The notes: generated by a model from the sequence alone, not told the origin. A stretch of DNA of 32,000 nucleotides from Vibrio vulnificus CMCP6 (GCF_000039765.1 NC_004460.2:1050001-1082000), one strand, 5' to 3'; numbered from the stretch's first letter, positions 1 to 9,515 are shown. Numbers and translations are program-made.

Positions 1-225
1 TCAGACAAGTTCGCGGCCATCGACGTCTATCATCATGAACCCGCGACAATGGCGCAAGAACCGATTCTGACCTTGCCCAACGTATTGTGCACGCCGCACA
101 TCGGCTACGTAGAACAAAACAGTTATGAACTATACTTCCGCTATGCGTTCGACAATATTGTGGCGTTTGCTCATGGCCAAGCGCAAAATATCGTCAATCC
201 AGAAGTGTTGTCCCGCACGGAGTGA
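1..225 (+). CDS. C-terminal fragment of a D-isomer-specific 2-hydroxyacid dehydrogenase (truncated by window start)
   Basis: Frame 1 is open from base 1 to TGA at 223-225: SDKFAAIDVYHHEPATMAQEPILTLPNVLCTPHIGYVEQNSYELYFRYAFDNIVAF... The 'AAIDVYHHEP...NVLCTPHIGY' pattern is typical of the family C-terminus. Confidence 0.85.
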   Translation, partial: SDKFAAIDVYHHEPATMAQEPILTLPNVLCTPHIGYVEQNSYELYFRYAFDNIVAFAHGQAQNIVNPEVLSRTE

Positions 226-238
226 CGTTACCACTAAC

Positions 239-278
239 GTCTGTTGGCCATGTGTAAGGTCTGTTGGCCATATGGCAG
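239..278. repeat. Short direct repeat, 20-bp period (GTCTGTTGGCCAT at 239-251 and 259-271)
   Basis: Read directly; lies just upstream of the rof-like gene. Confidence 0.7.
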
Positions 279-328
279 ACAGAGCTCGATCACCTGCAAG
301 CACAGACCAACCCTTTAGAGGAAACTCA

Positions 329-577
329 ATGATCAGTTGCAATCAATATGACTATTTGGAAATCGCTTGTCTCTACCGTATCGGGGTTTGCCTCACGTTA
401 AAAGACGGCAGCGAGATCTCTGGCGTGCCAGTCAACACTGGTTTTAATGAACATAAGCAGGAGTGCTTGGAAGTCGAGACGGGAGGAGATGCACTGTGGG
501 TACCGACCGACATGATTTTAACCATGCAAGCGCTAACAGAAAATCCTCATTTTACTAAGATTGAGTTTGAGCAATAG
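329..577 (+). CDS. rof: Rho-binding antiterminator (Rof/YaeO-like), 82 aa
   Basis: MISCNQYDYLEIACLYRIGVCLTLKDGSEISGVPVNTGFNEHKQECLEV...; Rof-like 'CxxYDYxEIAC...LTLKDG' opening; AGAGGAA ribosome-binding site just upstream. The longer ORF from 125 is probably an over-extension. Confidence 0.75.
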   Translation: MISCNQYDYLEIACLYRIGVCLTLKDGSEISGVPVNTGFNEHKQECLEVETGGDALWVPTDMILTMQALTENPHFTKIEFEQ

Positions 578-669
578 CGGTCATTGATGTCACTTTGAAA
601 TTCGCCCTCTTACGCACGAGGAGCAACAAAACTTTTTTCTAGACCCGCCCATAGAAAAACAAAAAAACA

Positions 670-703
670 AAGGGGTTAGAGTCGCTTCTAGACCCCTTAT
701 TTT
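670..703 (+). terminator. Rho-independent terminator-like hairpin between rof-like and qnr-like genes
   Basis: AAGGGGTTAGA (670-680) / TCTAGACCCCTT (687-698), one-base bulge, followed by ATTTT; A-rich flank on the other side. Confidence 0.65.
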
Positions 704-803
704 GGCGATTTAAGCCACTTGTAAGTCTTTGTTTTTAAACAAGCTATTTTTGTGGATTTTCAATAACTTAAGATGATAGCCTTGGCTCAACTAAGGAGTT
801 GAT

Positions 804-1460
804 ATGAAGTACCAAGGGCAACACTTCCATCGCGAAGATTTCTCAAACCAAGATTTGCAGCAAGCCATTTTTGACCACTGCCATTTCATTGAGTGCAACT
901 TTGATCGAGCCGATCTCACCGACAGCCAGTTTATCCATTGTCGTTTTATCGAAGCGTCATCCATAGAAGGATGCAGTTTCCGCTACACCAAACTGCGAGA
1001 GGCCAGTTTTAAGCACTGTATGATGGCAATGGCTCAATTTACTGGCGCAGACTGTTTCGGCATTGAGTTTCGCGAATGCGATTTAAAGGGCTCCAATTTC
1101 AGCCAAGCCAACTTCTCGAATCGCATTAGTCATAAAGCCTATTTTTGCTCCGCCTACATCACTGGCTGCAACTTGAATTACAGTAATTTTGAACGCGCCA
1201 TGTTAGAAAAGTGTGATCTGTTTGAAAATCGCTGGCGAGGCGCCAATCTTTCGGGTGCCAGTCTCAAAGGCTCTGATTTATCACGAGGCGAATTTTCCCC
1301 AGAGCAATGGGGCAGCTTCATTGTTGAAGAGTGTGACTTAACCCATATCGAACTCGATGGGCTGGATGTTCGCCGCGTGTCACTGCACGGTGCGAAGATA
1401 TGTGACTGGCAACAAGCTCAGCTGTTGGAGTCGTTTGGCCTGATTGTGGTACCTGGCTGA
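804..1460 (+). CDS. qnr: Qnr-family pentapeptide-repeat protein (putative chromosomal quinolone-resistance protein), 218 aa
   Basis: Pentapeptide repeats throughout; motifs 'FGIEFRECDLKGSNFSQANF', 'SHKAYFCSAYITGCNLNYSNF', 'LSGASLKGSDLSRG', 'ICDWQQAQLLESFGLIVVPG' and a length of 218 aa match the Qnr family as recalled. Confidence 0.9.
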   Translation: MKYQGQHFHREDFSNQDLQQAIFDHCHFIECNFDRADLTDSQFIHCRFIEASSIEGCSFRYTKLREASFKHCMMAMAQFTGADCFGIEFRECDLKGSNFSQANFSNRISHKAYFCSAYITGCNLNYSNFERAMLEKCDLFENRWRGANLSGASLKGSDLSRGEFSPEQWGSFIVEECDLTHIELDGLDVRRVSLHGAKICDWQQAQLLESFGLIVVPG

Positions 1461-1488
1461 TTATCCCTTGACAATGAAGGAGCAACCG

Positions 1489-1806
1489 ATGATACAAAAT
1501 CTCTTCGACAACTTACCGAGCTCGTTAGACCAAGAACAATTTGATGACATACTCAAGCTGGATAATGTGCGTATTGAACGCATTGTGTCCCACGGACATC
1601 ATTCCCCAGAAACCGGCTGGTATGATCAAGAGGAACATGAATGGGTCGTGATTTTACAAGGTGAAGGGGAGATTGAGTTCGAAGCTGGGAATATCGTGCA
1701 CTTAACCAAAGGGGAGCATCTTTTTATTCCGGCCCATCAAAAACACAAAGTTCGCTGGACAACGCCCAGCGAACAAACCATTTGGTTGGCGGTGTTTTTT
1801 TCATAA
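1489..1806 (+). CDS. Small cupin-domain protein, 105 aa
   Basis: MIQNLFDNLPSS...EHEWVVILQGEGEIEFEAGNIVHLTKGEHLFIPAHQKHKVRWT, a classical cupin core; AAGGAG ribosome-binding site before ATG at 1489. Confidence 0.85.
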   Translation: MIQNLFDNLPSSLDQEQFDDILKLDNVRIERIVSHGHHSPETGWYDQEEHEWVVILQGEGEIEFEAGNIVHLTKGEHLFIPAHQKHKVRWTTPSEQTIWLAVFFS

Positions 1807-1856
1807 ACGGGCTTTCTTATAAACGGGCTTTCTTATAAACGGGCTTTCTCATAAAC
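1803..1856. repeat. Tandem repeat, 16-bp unit ATAAACGGGCTTTCTT, about 3.4 copies
   Basis: Copies at 1803-1818, 1819-1834, 1835-1850 (last base changed), partial 1851-1856. The first copy contains the cupin stop codon TAA (1804-1806). Confidence 0.95.
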
Positions 1857-1875
1857 AGAATGCCTCCACGAACAG

Positions 1876-1924
1876 CCCCCTTTTGCCAGCTCGGTTCACT
1901 CGCCGCACCACTGGCAAAAGGGGG
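1876..1924. other. Perfect 14-bp inverted repeat with a 21-nt loop, just 3' of the MCP gene
   Basis: CCCCCTTTTGCCAG (1876-1889) and CTGGCAAAAGGGGG (1911-1924). No U-tract on either side. Confidence 0.8.
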
Positions 1925-1930
1925 ATTCGG

Positions 1931-3676
1931 TTAGGTACGAATATGTTTAATAACACCGTTGAGATCGTCAACGTTACGTTGCAGATCGACGACAATTGGA
2001 CCAAGTTGATTGATCGCCTCGTTCATTTCTGAAGAGAGGTTTTTGATATTGGCCAAGTTACTGGAGATTTCATCACTGACCGCCAATTGCTCTTCGGTTG
2101 CTGCGGCAATCGACGTGTTCAGTTTATGAATTTCAACCGCAGAACCTTGAATGGTGCCTAAGGCCTCGTTAGCAACCCCCATATTGGATCGCGTTGATTG
2201 CATCTTATCGGCACTGCTTTGAATGGTCGACGTTGACTGTTTCGCTTTCTCTTGCAATGTCATGATGATGCTTTCAATCTCACCGGTGGAATCTTGAGTA
2301 CGTTGTGCCAATGAACGCACTTCATCTGCCACCACCGCAAAACCACGGCCTTGTTCCCCTGCCCGCGCCGCTTCTATCGCCGCATTCAGTGCCAGTAAGT
2401 TGGTTTGTTCGGCAATCGCTTTGATCACATCCAACACATTACCGACGTTATTGGACTCTTCCGCCAATTGCTGGATGATCTGCGAGGTGTTGGTGAACTC
2501 CCCTTCAAGCACCGAGAATTCTCGCGTGGTTTTATCAAAGACCGACTTACTGGTGGAAGCCTCTTTTTCTGCACTGCCCGCATACTGCTCAGCCATGTTG
2601 GTGCTTTGTGCCACATTCGAAAGTGCCGCTGTCATCTCTTCCATCGCGGTAGCCGCCATCTCCATCTCTTGGTTCTGCTGACCCGCCATAGAAATGTTTC
2701 TATGCGTAATGCTTTGAATCGCTTCAGAAATGTTGGAAATGGTGTCGTTCACCTGATTGATCTTATTGATGGTTTTCGCATAGCTGATCAACACTTTGTT
2801 AATGGTGGTGCCGATAACGCCAAGCTCGTTATTGCTCTTGTCATCCACACGTAAAGTTAGATCCGAATTGACGTCGACTTCTTTTAAAATATTGGCCATT
2901 TGGTCGATGGGTTTTACCACTTTGCGGTTAACCAACACATAACCGATGATCGCAATGACAAACACCACAATCAGCGATACATTGCCGATCATCACGGTCG
3001 TCGTGACATCATGCGCTGCTGCATCAAATTGACGATTGGTTCGCGCTTCTAGCTCTTTAAAGAACTCATCAATCGGCGCCATGATTTTGGCTTTTTCTTG
3101 GTGATATTCTTTACTGTGTAAGAGTTTCGCCGCCATTGCCATATCTGGCTCTGCTCGACGAGTGTAGTTGCCAGAACTATCCGGATAGAGCCCCTTCACC
3201 GCATTCATCGCTTTGACTTCCATATTCACCAAAGCATCGGAATTTTGTTGGGCTTGTTTAAGAAGTTGAAACTCAGATTGGGTGAAGCCCAGATTTTCCA
3301 TCATTTTTTGTAGTGAGATTCTTGCACCATCGGCTTTGGGTTTTTGCCCATAGTTCAACACCAAATCCCAGTAGATGGTGTGATAGTTTTGCGGTCTCGG
3401 TTTGTCACCATTTCGAATGGCAAGGATGTCCATGTACATTTTTTCGTAGGTTTCATCACCTGTCAGCACATAAGTACGCCCTAAACGTGTCAAATCGTCA
3501 GAGCTTTGGCGTAGCTCATCTGCCGCTTGATACGATTGATAACGGACCTGCGACATCTGATTCACTTTTTGCAGTAATCCGTTGAGCTGCAACACCGTTA
3601 CCACACTGATTACGATGCCAAGGCCAATGACCCCAAACACCAGTTTCATCGTGCTATTGATATTCATACTGTTCAT
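1931..3676 (-). CDS. Methyl-accepting chemotaxis protein with two TM segments and a large N-terminal sensing region
   Basis: 581 aa; HAMP-like region after [15 protein letters not shown]; canonical signalling tip '[43 protein letters not shown]'. Confidence 0.95.
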   Translation of the reverse strand: MNSMNINSTMKLVFGVIGLGIVISVVTVLQLNGLLQKVNQMSQVRYQSYQAADELRQSSDDLTRLGRTYVLTGDETYEKMYMDILAIRNGDKPRPQNYHTIYWDLVLNYGQKPKADGARISLQKMMENLGFTQSEFQLLKQAQQNSDALVNMEVKAMNAVKGLYPDSSGNYTRRAEPDMAMAAKLLHSKEYHQEKAKIMAPIDEFFKELEARTNRQFDAAAHDVTTTVMIGNVSLIVVFVIAIIGYVLVNRKVVKPIDQMANILKEVDVNSDLTLRVDDKSNNELGVIGTTINKVLISYAKTINKINQVNDTISNISEAIQSITHRNISMAGQQNQEMEMAATAMEEMTAALSNVAQSTNMAEQYAGSAEKEASTSKSVFDKTTREFSVLEGEFTNTSQIIQQLAEESNNVGNVLDVIKAIAEQTNLLALNAAIEAARAGEQGRGFAVVADEVRSLAQRTQDSTGEIESIIMTLQEKAKQSTSTIQSSADKMQSTRSNMGVANEALGTIQGSAVEIHKLNTSIAAATEEQLAVSDEISSNLANIKNLSSEMNEAINQLGPIVVDLQRNVDDLNGVIKHIRT

Positions 3677-3787
3677 TCCTTGTTAATTTAACTTTGCCAA
3701 CTACGTTGTTGTTATAGGGAATTGGGGAACAGCATCCCTCCAGTTATCATTAACGCTTCGCTCTTCGTCGTTGCGCTTTTTCTCCGT

Positions 3788-6700
3788 TTACTCAGGTTTT
3801 GGAAATGCCGCCAGCATCTCTTTAGCCTGCTCAAACTCAAAACTTTCAATGGCATTGATAAGCTGCTGCTTTTGCTCATCCGTCCACACATCGCAATCTT
3901 TGGCTTGCTTAATCACATCCACCGCCGCCACATCGTATTGCTCGACAAGCTCGACCAGCCGTTTGTAGAGCTCTGCCGCTTCTTCGCATTCTTGCTCACT
4001 CACATTGACATGCCGTTTTTGCCATTCCGATAATTGTGCGTGCAGCTTATCGAGCGCGACACCCGCTAATTCCAACTCACCGATCACGGTTTTACTGCGA
4101 TGATCGATGCTCTTCTCCATTTTTATTGCCAGCTGAGCAAGAGGAGTGACGCCAAGATTGGCTGCAGCGCCTTTGAGGGTATGAGCCATACGCGCCGCCA
4201 TATCCCAATCTTCTTTTTCCACTACCTCTTTAAACATAGGCAACTCTTCCAATTGCATCTCTAAAAAACGACTTAAAATCGACAAATAACTTTCCTTATT
4301 CCCGCCAGTGTTAAAAATCGCTTCTTTTAGATTAATACCGGATAAAGTGGGCAAATCGTCTTCATCGGCAGAGGCTGTCCGATCCGGGGTACTCTGTGAA
4401 CTCGAGGTCGAATGTGATGACGAGGTGTGACTCGCTGCGTTGCTTGCCGACAAGTACTGAGAAAGCACTTGGTAAAGATTATGCACATTGATGGGTTTTG
4501 CGACGTGGTCATTCATGCCCGCTTCATGGCATCGTTCTACATCGCTTTGCATCGCGTTGGCCGTCATGGCGACGATCGGCAATGTTGCCCACTCAGCTCG
4601 CTCGCGGATCGCTTTGGTGGCGGTAATGCCATCCATCACCGGCATTTGCATGTCCATCAAAACCAGATCGATCGGATGATGCTCGAGTGCTTCTATGGCT
4701 AACTTGCCGTTATCTGCGGTGATAATGTTGAGATTTGTACCATTAAGAAGACCAATCGCCACTTCTTGGTTCACTTCATTATCTTCCACCAGTAACAAGG
4801 TTTGTCCATCAAACACCGGTTTCTCAAACGTCACGGTTGTGCTGCTTCGCGTCACGTGTTCAATGCCATAGCTGTCCATAATGGCATCTAGCAAATTGGA
4901 CGGATTCACTGGTTTGACGATTAAAGAATCCACCAGCTTACTGCTGTTTTCATCCATGGAAATTTCGCGTCCATAGGCGGTCACCAAGAAGTTTTTCGTT
5001 TCTGCAAGCAATCGCTCTTGATGGGCTGTTTGCAACAGCTCTAACCCGTTCATGCCCGGCATGTTCCAGTCAACAAACACCATATCAAAGGCGCCTTGGC
5101 GGAGCTCGTCTAAGGCTTCGAAGCCATTGCTCACCGCTTTGGCATCAAATTGCATCGCGCTCAGTAGCGTCATTAAAATGTTTCGTGCGGAATCGTTATC
5201 ATCGACAATCAAGGCGCGTTTGCCTGCCAAACCACTAATTGGTTTCGCTATGTCGCGCATTTTCGCCTCTTGCAAGCCGCAGTGAATGGTAAAGGTAAAC
5301 GTCGACCCCATACCGACGGCGCTGCTGACCGACAATTGCCCGCCCATCAGTTCCACCAACTGCTTACTGATGCTAAGCCCTAATCCTGTGCCGCCAAACT
5401 CGCGAGTAATGCTGGTGTCCGCTTGTGAGAAAGCGTTAAAGAGATCGGCTATTTTCTCTTTATCGATACCGATGCCGGTGTCTTTCACCGAGAAGCGGAG
5501 CGTCACATCATCACTGGATTGCGACTCCGGCATGACCGACACCAAGATCTCGCCTTTTTCGGTAAATTTCACCGCATTTCCGCACAAATTCACCAACACT
5601 TGGCCAAGACGAAGGGGATCACCCACCAAGCCAACTGGCACTCTTGGATCGATATCCAACAAGAACTCAATGCCTTTTTCCTGTGCTTTAAACGAGATCA
5701 CGTTGGTCAAATTTTCAAACACTTCATCCAAGCTGAAATCAATCGACTCGACACTCAGTTTGCCCGCTTCAATTTTGGAGAAATCGAGAATGTCATTGAT
5801 GATGCCCAGTAAGTTCTTCGCGGACTCATTAATGCGTGTGAGGTACTTGCGTTGGGAAGGGTCCAGTTCGGTATTGAGCGCAAGATGCGCCATGCCTAAG
5901 ATGGCATTCATCGGGGTGCGGATTTCATGACTCATATTGGCGAGGAAATCCCCTTTCGCTCGACTCATCGCATCGGCGGTGTCTTTCGCATCTCGCAGCT
6001 CTGACTCCATCTGCTTGCGCTCGGTGAGATCCAACAAGATCCCCACGATCCCAGAAACACGACCTTGGCTATTATTGAACGACGCTTCGCAGACCAACAT
6101 ATCGCGGCATCCACCTTGGCTATCGAGCAGCGACAGCTCATAGTTCTTACTGCACTGCTCTTGGCTAAGCTCTTGATGTACCTGGGTAAAATGATGCGAA
6201 GCGTCTTGCTGGCTGAACACTTCTATCGGGGTGCGTCCGACAATTTCGTGCATCGCCAAGCCCGTCAACTCACTGAATTTGGCATTGACGGTTAAATACT
6301 TGCCTTGCGCTGAGAGGCAGTACATCGGATTGGGGGTCGCGTTGAGGATTTCTTGATTGAGCTGCGACTGTTCCAGTACTTTCTGCTCCGCTTTTCTTTG
6401 CAGCTCCACATTCTGGCTCAGTTGAATACTCACAGAAAGATCATCCAGCATCTGTGATAGCCATTGATACTGTAACGGGGTAAGCGTATCGACCGTACCG
6501 AGTTCCAATAGCGCCACCGGCTGTTTGTTCACGCACAATGGGAAATAGTAAATTTCATTCAGTTCCAGCACGCCTCCGTTGACGTGCGTGGTGTATTTTC
6601 CCTGCAACGATTTCATGCTGTAGGGTTTATCGGACAGCAACACGCTGAGCTGCGTTGAGCTCTGATCGCTGATTTCACGGCTGATGGTATCGTCATAACC

Positions 6701-7774
6701 CGCCCCGGCAATACGAATCAGTTTGTCATCGCGGTAGATCGCAATACTGACTTGCTGCACAGGAAATTGATGAAGCAGAAACTGCGTGACTTCATGGCAC
6801 AAAGACTGCGTCGATTGGCTGGTTCGCAGCACGATGTTGAAATCTTTCACTAAGGTGTTTTGGCTCAGCTGCTCGGAAATATGGTGGAAGACCACATTCA
6901 AACTGTCGATGAATTTTTGCAGCTCGGCATACGCGGTTTGCGTAATCGTAAAAGCGTAATCTTGCGCTTTTACTTGATTCACCACCGTACGTAGTAGCTT
7001 ACTCAATGGGCTGATGTACAAACGCCACAACAGCGTGAACGAAACAACGATCGATGCAAGTAAAATGGCCACCAACACTCGGTATACATACTGGTATTGC
7101 AGCTCCTGAGTGTCGGTTTGCTCTATGTTGCCTTCAATACGGTGAACGATCGCTTGATGCGCCGAGCCGATCGCTTTCATGATCTTGGCTTTTTCTTCAA
7201 AGTAGACTTTGCCGTACAGCAACGATTGCGCATAAGGCAGATCCGGTTTGCCCGTATAAAACTCCTTACCATCAGGCTCCAACTTAAATCCCTTTACGGC
7301 TAAAAATGCTTCACGCTCCAGATTCACCAAGTTATCCGACAGCATTAAGGCGCTTTTCAGCTCAAGAAACTCGGTGGCGCTGATGCCAGAATCACGTAGC
7401 CTTTGCAGTAGCGGGACGCCTGTCTCGCTGGTAAACGGTGGAACATATTCGGCAGAGCTGGCAGCGAGATCCCAATACTCGTATTCATTTCCCGCAGGCA
7501 AAGGCAATTTGCCGTCACGAATATCCAGCACCTTGTTGAACAGCGCTTCCCAGTAATCATCTCCGGTCACCACGTAAGCTCGTGCAAACTTAGTCAAATG
7601 ATCTGAGCTTTGTTTGAGCTCTTGAGAAAGACGGTAAAACCGATAGAGATCTTGCTGATAATCTCGACTTTGGGTTCGAAGCTCCGCCACCTTTTGCGTG
7701 ACAGACAACATGGCAATAGAACAGATCCCCATCGCCAAAAACAGCAGCATAAATAAAGTTCTAATTGAGCGCAT
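3788..7774 (-). CDS. Hybrid sensor histidine kinase: N-terminal sensor, HAMP, GAF-like, PAS, HisKA, HATPase, two REC domains, Hpt
   Basis: 1328 aa; PAS 'NAKFSELTGLAMHEIVGRTP'; HisKA 'DFLANMSHEIRTPMNAILG'; HATPase 'GLGLSISKQLVELMGG'; REC 'RALIVDDNDSARN' and 'LLLVEDNEVNQEVA'; Hpt 'AARMAHTLKGAAANLG'. Confidence 0.93.
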   Translation of the reverse strand: MRSIRTLFMLLFLAMGICSIAMLSVTQKVAELRTQSRDYQQDLYRFYRLSQELKQSSDHLTKFARAYVVTGDDYWEALFNKVLDIRDGKLPLPAGNEYEYWDLAASSAEYVPPFTSETGVPLLQRLRDSGISATEFLELKSALMLSDNLVNLEREAFLAVKGFKLEPDGKEFYTGKPDLPYAQSLLYGKVYFEEKAKIMKAIGSAHQAIVHRIEGNIEQTDTQELQYQYVYRVLVAILLASIVVSFTLLWRLYISPLSKLLRTVVNQVKAQDYAFTITQTAYAELQKFIDSLNVVFHHISEQLSQNTLVKDFNIVLRTSQSTQSLCHEVTQFLLHQFPVQQVSIAIYRDDKLIRIAGAGYDDTISREISDQSSTQLSVLLSDKPYSMKSLQGKYTTHVNGGVLELNEIYYFPLCVNKQPVALLELGTVDTLTPLQYQWLSQMLDDLSVSIQLSQNVELQRKAEQKVLEQSQLNQEILNATPNPMYCLSAQGKYLTVNAKFSELTGLAMHEIVGRTPIEVFSQQDASHHFTQVHQELSQEQCSKNYELSLLDSQGGCRDMLVCEASFNNSQGRVSGIVGILLDLTERKQMESELRDAKDTADAMSRAKGDFLANMSHEIRTPMNAILGMAHLALNTELDPSQRKYLTRINESAKNLLGIINDILDFSKIEAGKLSVESIDFSLDEVFENLTNVISFKAQEKGIEFLLDIDPRVPVGLVGDPLRLGQVLVNLCGNAVKFTEKGEILVSVMPESQSSDDVTLRFSVKDTGIGIDKEKIADLFNAFSQADTSITREFGGTGLGLSISKQLVELMGGQLSVSSAVGMGSTFTFTIHCGLQEAKMRDIAKPISGLAGKRALIVDDNDSARNILMTLLSAMQFDAKAVSNGFEALDELRQGAFDMVFVDWNMPGMNGLELLQTAHQERLLAETKNFLVTAYGREISMDENSSKLVDSLIVKPVNPSNLLDAIMDSYGIEHVTRSSTTVTFEKPVFDGQTLLLVEDNEVNQEVAIGLLNGTNLNIITADNGKLAIEALEHHPIDLVLMDMQMPVMDGITATKAIRERAEWATLPIVAMTANAMQSDVERCHEAGMNDHVAKPINVHNLYQVLSQYLSASNAASHTSSSHSTSSSQSTPDRTASADEDDLPTLSGINLKEAIFNTGGNKESYLSILSRFLEMQLEELPMFKEVVEKEDWDMAARMAHTLKGAAANLGVTPLAQLAIKMEKSIDHRSKTVIGELELAGVALDKLHAQLSEWQKRHVNVSEQECEEAAELYKRLVELVEQYDVAAVDVIKQAKDCDVWTDEQKQQLINAIESFEFEQAKEMLAAFPKPE

Positions 7775-7887
7775 TCGCTGGGCCTTCTTGCAAGATAACA
7801 GTGCAATAAATCGATGCTTGTCTATAGTTACTGATAAGTTTAGTTATTGTTCAGCAAGTTGCAGGAAAACTTTTTCAGGATTGATAT

Positions 7888-8982
7888 ATGCCCATTGAAA
7901 ATCTGGATGATTGTACCGTTTTGATTGTCGACGACTCCGCAGACAATCTGGCGTTTATGGCTCAAGGACTCTCCAATCGCTACCACGTGAAAGCGGCCAA
8001 ATCTGGGGAGATGGCGTTGCATATCTTAGAGCAGTTTGAGATTGATTTAGTGCTGCTCGATATCGTGATGCCCGAGCTATCGGGTTATGACGTGATCAGA
8101 AAAATTCGAGCCAATCACAAAACTCAAGATATTCCTGTGGTCTTTTTGACGGGTAAAGACTCGCCCGAAGATGAAAAACTCGGTTTCGAGCTCGGGGCGG
8201 CCGACTATATTCACAAACCCGTCAGTATTCCTTTGCTGCGCTCGCGCGTGAAAACCCATCTGCAAAATAAACGCTCGAAAGATTTTCTACGCGATCAAAA
8301 TGGCTACCTAGAGAAAGAGGTACTCAAACGTTCACACGAGCTTGACCGCATGCAAGATGCGGTGGTGTTTGCCTTAGCCAGTTTGGCGGAAACACGCGAT
8401 CCGGAAACAGGCAACCATATTTTGCGAACTCAGCATTATGTGCGTTTACTGGCGGAACAGTTGGCGTTGCTTCCCAAATACCAAACGGTTCTCACCCCCA
8501 AAATTGTGGATACCTACTTTAAAGCCGCACCACTGCATGACATTGGCAAGGTGGGCATTGTTGACTCTATTTTGCTCAAACCTGGCAAGCTCACAGCAGA
8601 AGAATTTGAAGAGATGAAATCTCACACCACACTGGGATTATTGGCTCTAGAGAAAGCAGAGAAACTCTCCGGCGCGCAAAATGATCTCATCTCTGCGGCA
8701 AAAGAGATTGCTTATGGGCACCATGAAAAGTGGGATGGCTCTGGTTACCCCAATGGCTATGCGGGTGAGCGTATCCCGCTCAGTGCTCGGCTCATGGCCA
8801 TTGCCGATGTGTATGACGCGCTGCGCTGCAAACGTGTGTATAAAGATCCGATGAGCCATGAAGAGACACGCTCAATCATTCTCGAAGGTAATGGGACACA
8901 TTTTGATCCCGAGGTGATCGATGCCTTCCTTGCTCAAGAGGATATGTTCATCAAGATCGCCAGCGAATTTGCGGATGAATGA
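7888..8982 (+). CDS. Response regulator with C-terminal HD-GYP domain (putative cyclic-di-GMP phosphodiesterase)
   Basis: REC 'TVLIVDDSADNLAFMAQGL...LVLLDIVMPELSGYDVI', then 'AAPLHDIGKVGIVDSILLKPGKL' and 'YGHHEKWDGSGYPNGYAGERIPLSARLMAIADVYDAL'. Confidence 0.95.
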   Translation: MPIENLDDCTVLIVDDSADNLAFMAQGLSNRYHVKAAKSGEMALHILEQFEIDLVLLDIVMPELSGYDVIRKIRANHKTQDIPVVFLTGKDSPEDEKLGFELGAADYIHKPVSIPLLRSRVKTHLQNKRSKDFLRDQNGYLEKEVLKRSHELDRMQDAVVFALASLAETRDPETGNHILRTQHYVRLLAEQLALLPKYQTVLTPKIVDTYFKAAPLHDIGKVGIVDSILLKPGKLTAEEFEEMKSHTTLGLLALEKAEKLSGAQNDLISAAKEIAYGHHEKWDGSGYPNGYAGERIPLSARLMAIADVYDALRCKRVYKDPMSHEETRSIILEGNGTHFDPEVIDAFLAQEDMFIKIASEFADE

Positions 8983-9167
8983 TTCATCAGGAAAAACATA
9001 GATCACTTAAATAATTGACAACATCAATGCCATGACGCGCTTTTGACGTCCTGACAAATATTTTGCACCAGCTAGACAGCTCTTTACGTAGCTTGACGGA
9101 TTCTTTACATACAAATCTCTACTATGGATCAGGTAATCACAACCAAGCCCATATAGAGGTGAACATC

Positions 9168-9515
9168 ATGAAAAAAATGATTCTGCTTGCTACAGCGTTA
9201 ACACTAAGCTCTACTGTCTTTGCATCCGTTGAAACTCAAATTGGCGAAACGTCTCTTCACACGGATACGTTCGCAAACAAACAAGCTGCCTATGATGCAG
9301 GTTTGATGAAAGCACAAGAGCTGCGTGCCATGACACCCACTGAACTGACGCACGAGCTTTCCGTATTTAGCCAACGCCCTGTTTACGATTCACTGAAAAT
9401 CTCAGACATTGAAGTGAAAGTGGAAGAGTTTGCGAAAGAAAGCGGCAAAGTGGCTTACCGCGCGATTGTCGATGTTGACTACCAATACCAATATCGCGAA
9501 AGCGGCAATAGCTAG
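9168..9515 (+). CDS. DUF3316-type small secreted/periplasmic protein, 115 aa
   Basis: MKKMILLATALTLSSTVFASVETQIGE...: signal peptide, 'FANKQAAYDAGLMKAQELRAMTPTEL', 'YRAIVDVDYQYQYRE'. AGAGGTG ribosome-binding site upstream. Family name recalled, not searched. Confidence 0.75.
   Translation: MKKMILLATALTLSSTVFASVETQIGETSLHTDTFANKQAAYDAGLMKAQELRAMTPTELTHELSVFSQRPVYDSLKISDIEVKVEEFAKESGKVAYRAIVDVDYQYQYRESGNS

Noticed and set aside
600-803. SOS/LexA control of the qnr-like gene
   Set aside because: No CTGT-N8-ACAG-like palindrome was visible upstream.
2400-3585. Plus-strand ORFs inside the MCP gene and the nearby 3313..3585 ORF
   Set aside because: They are shadow ORFs over conserved MCP coding sequence on the minus strand.
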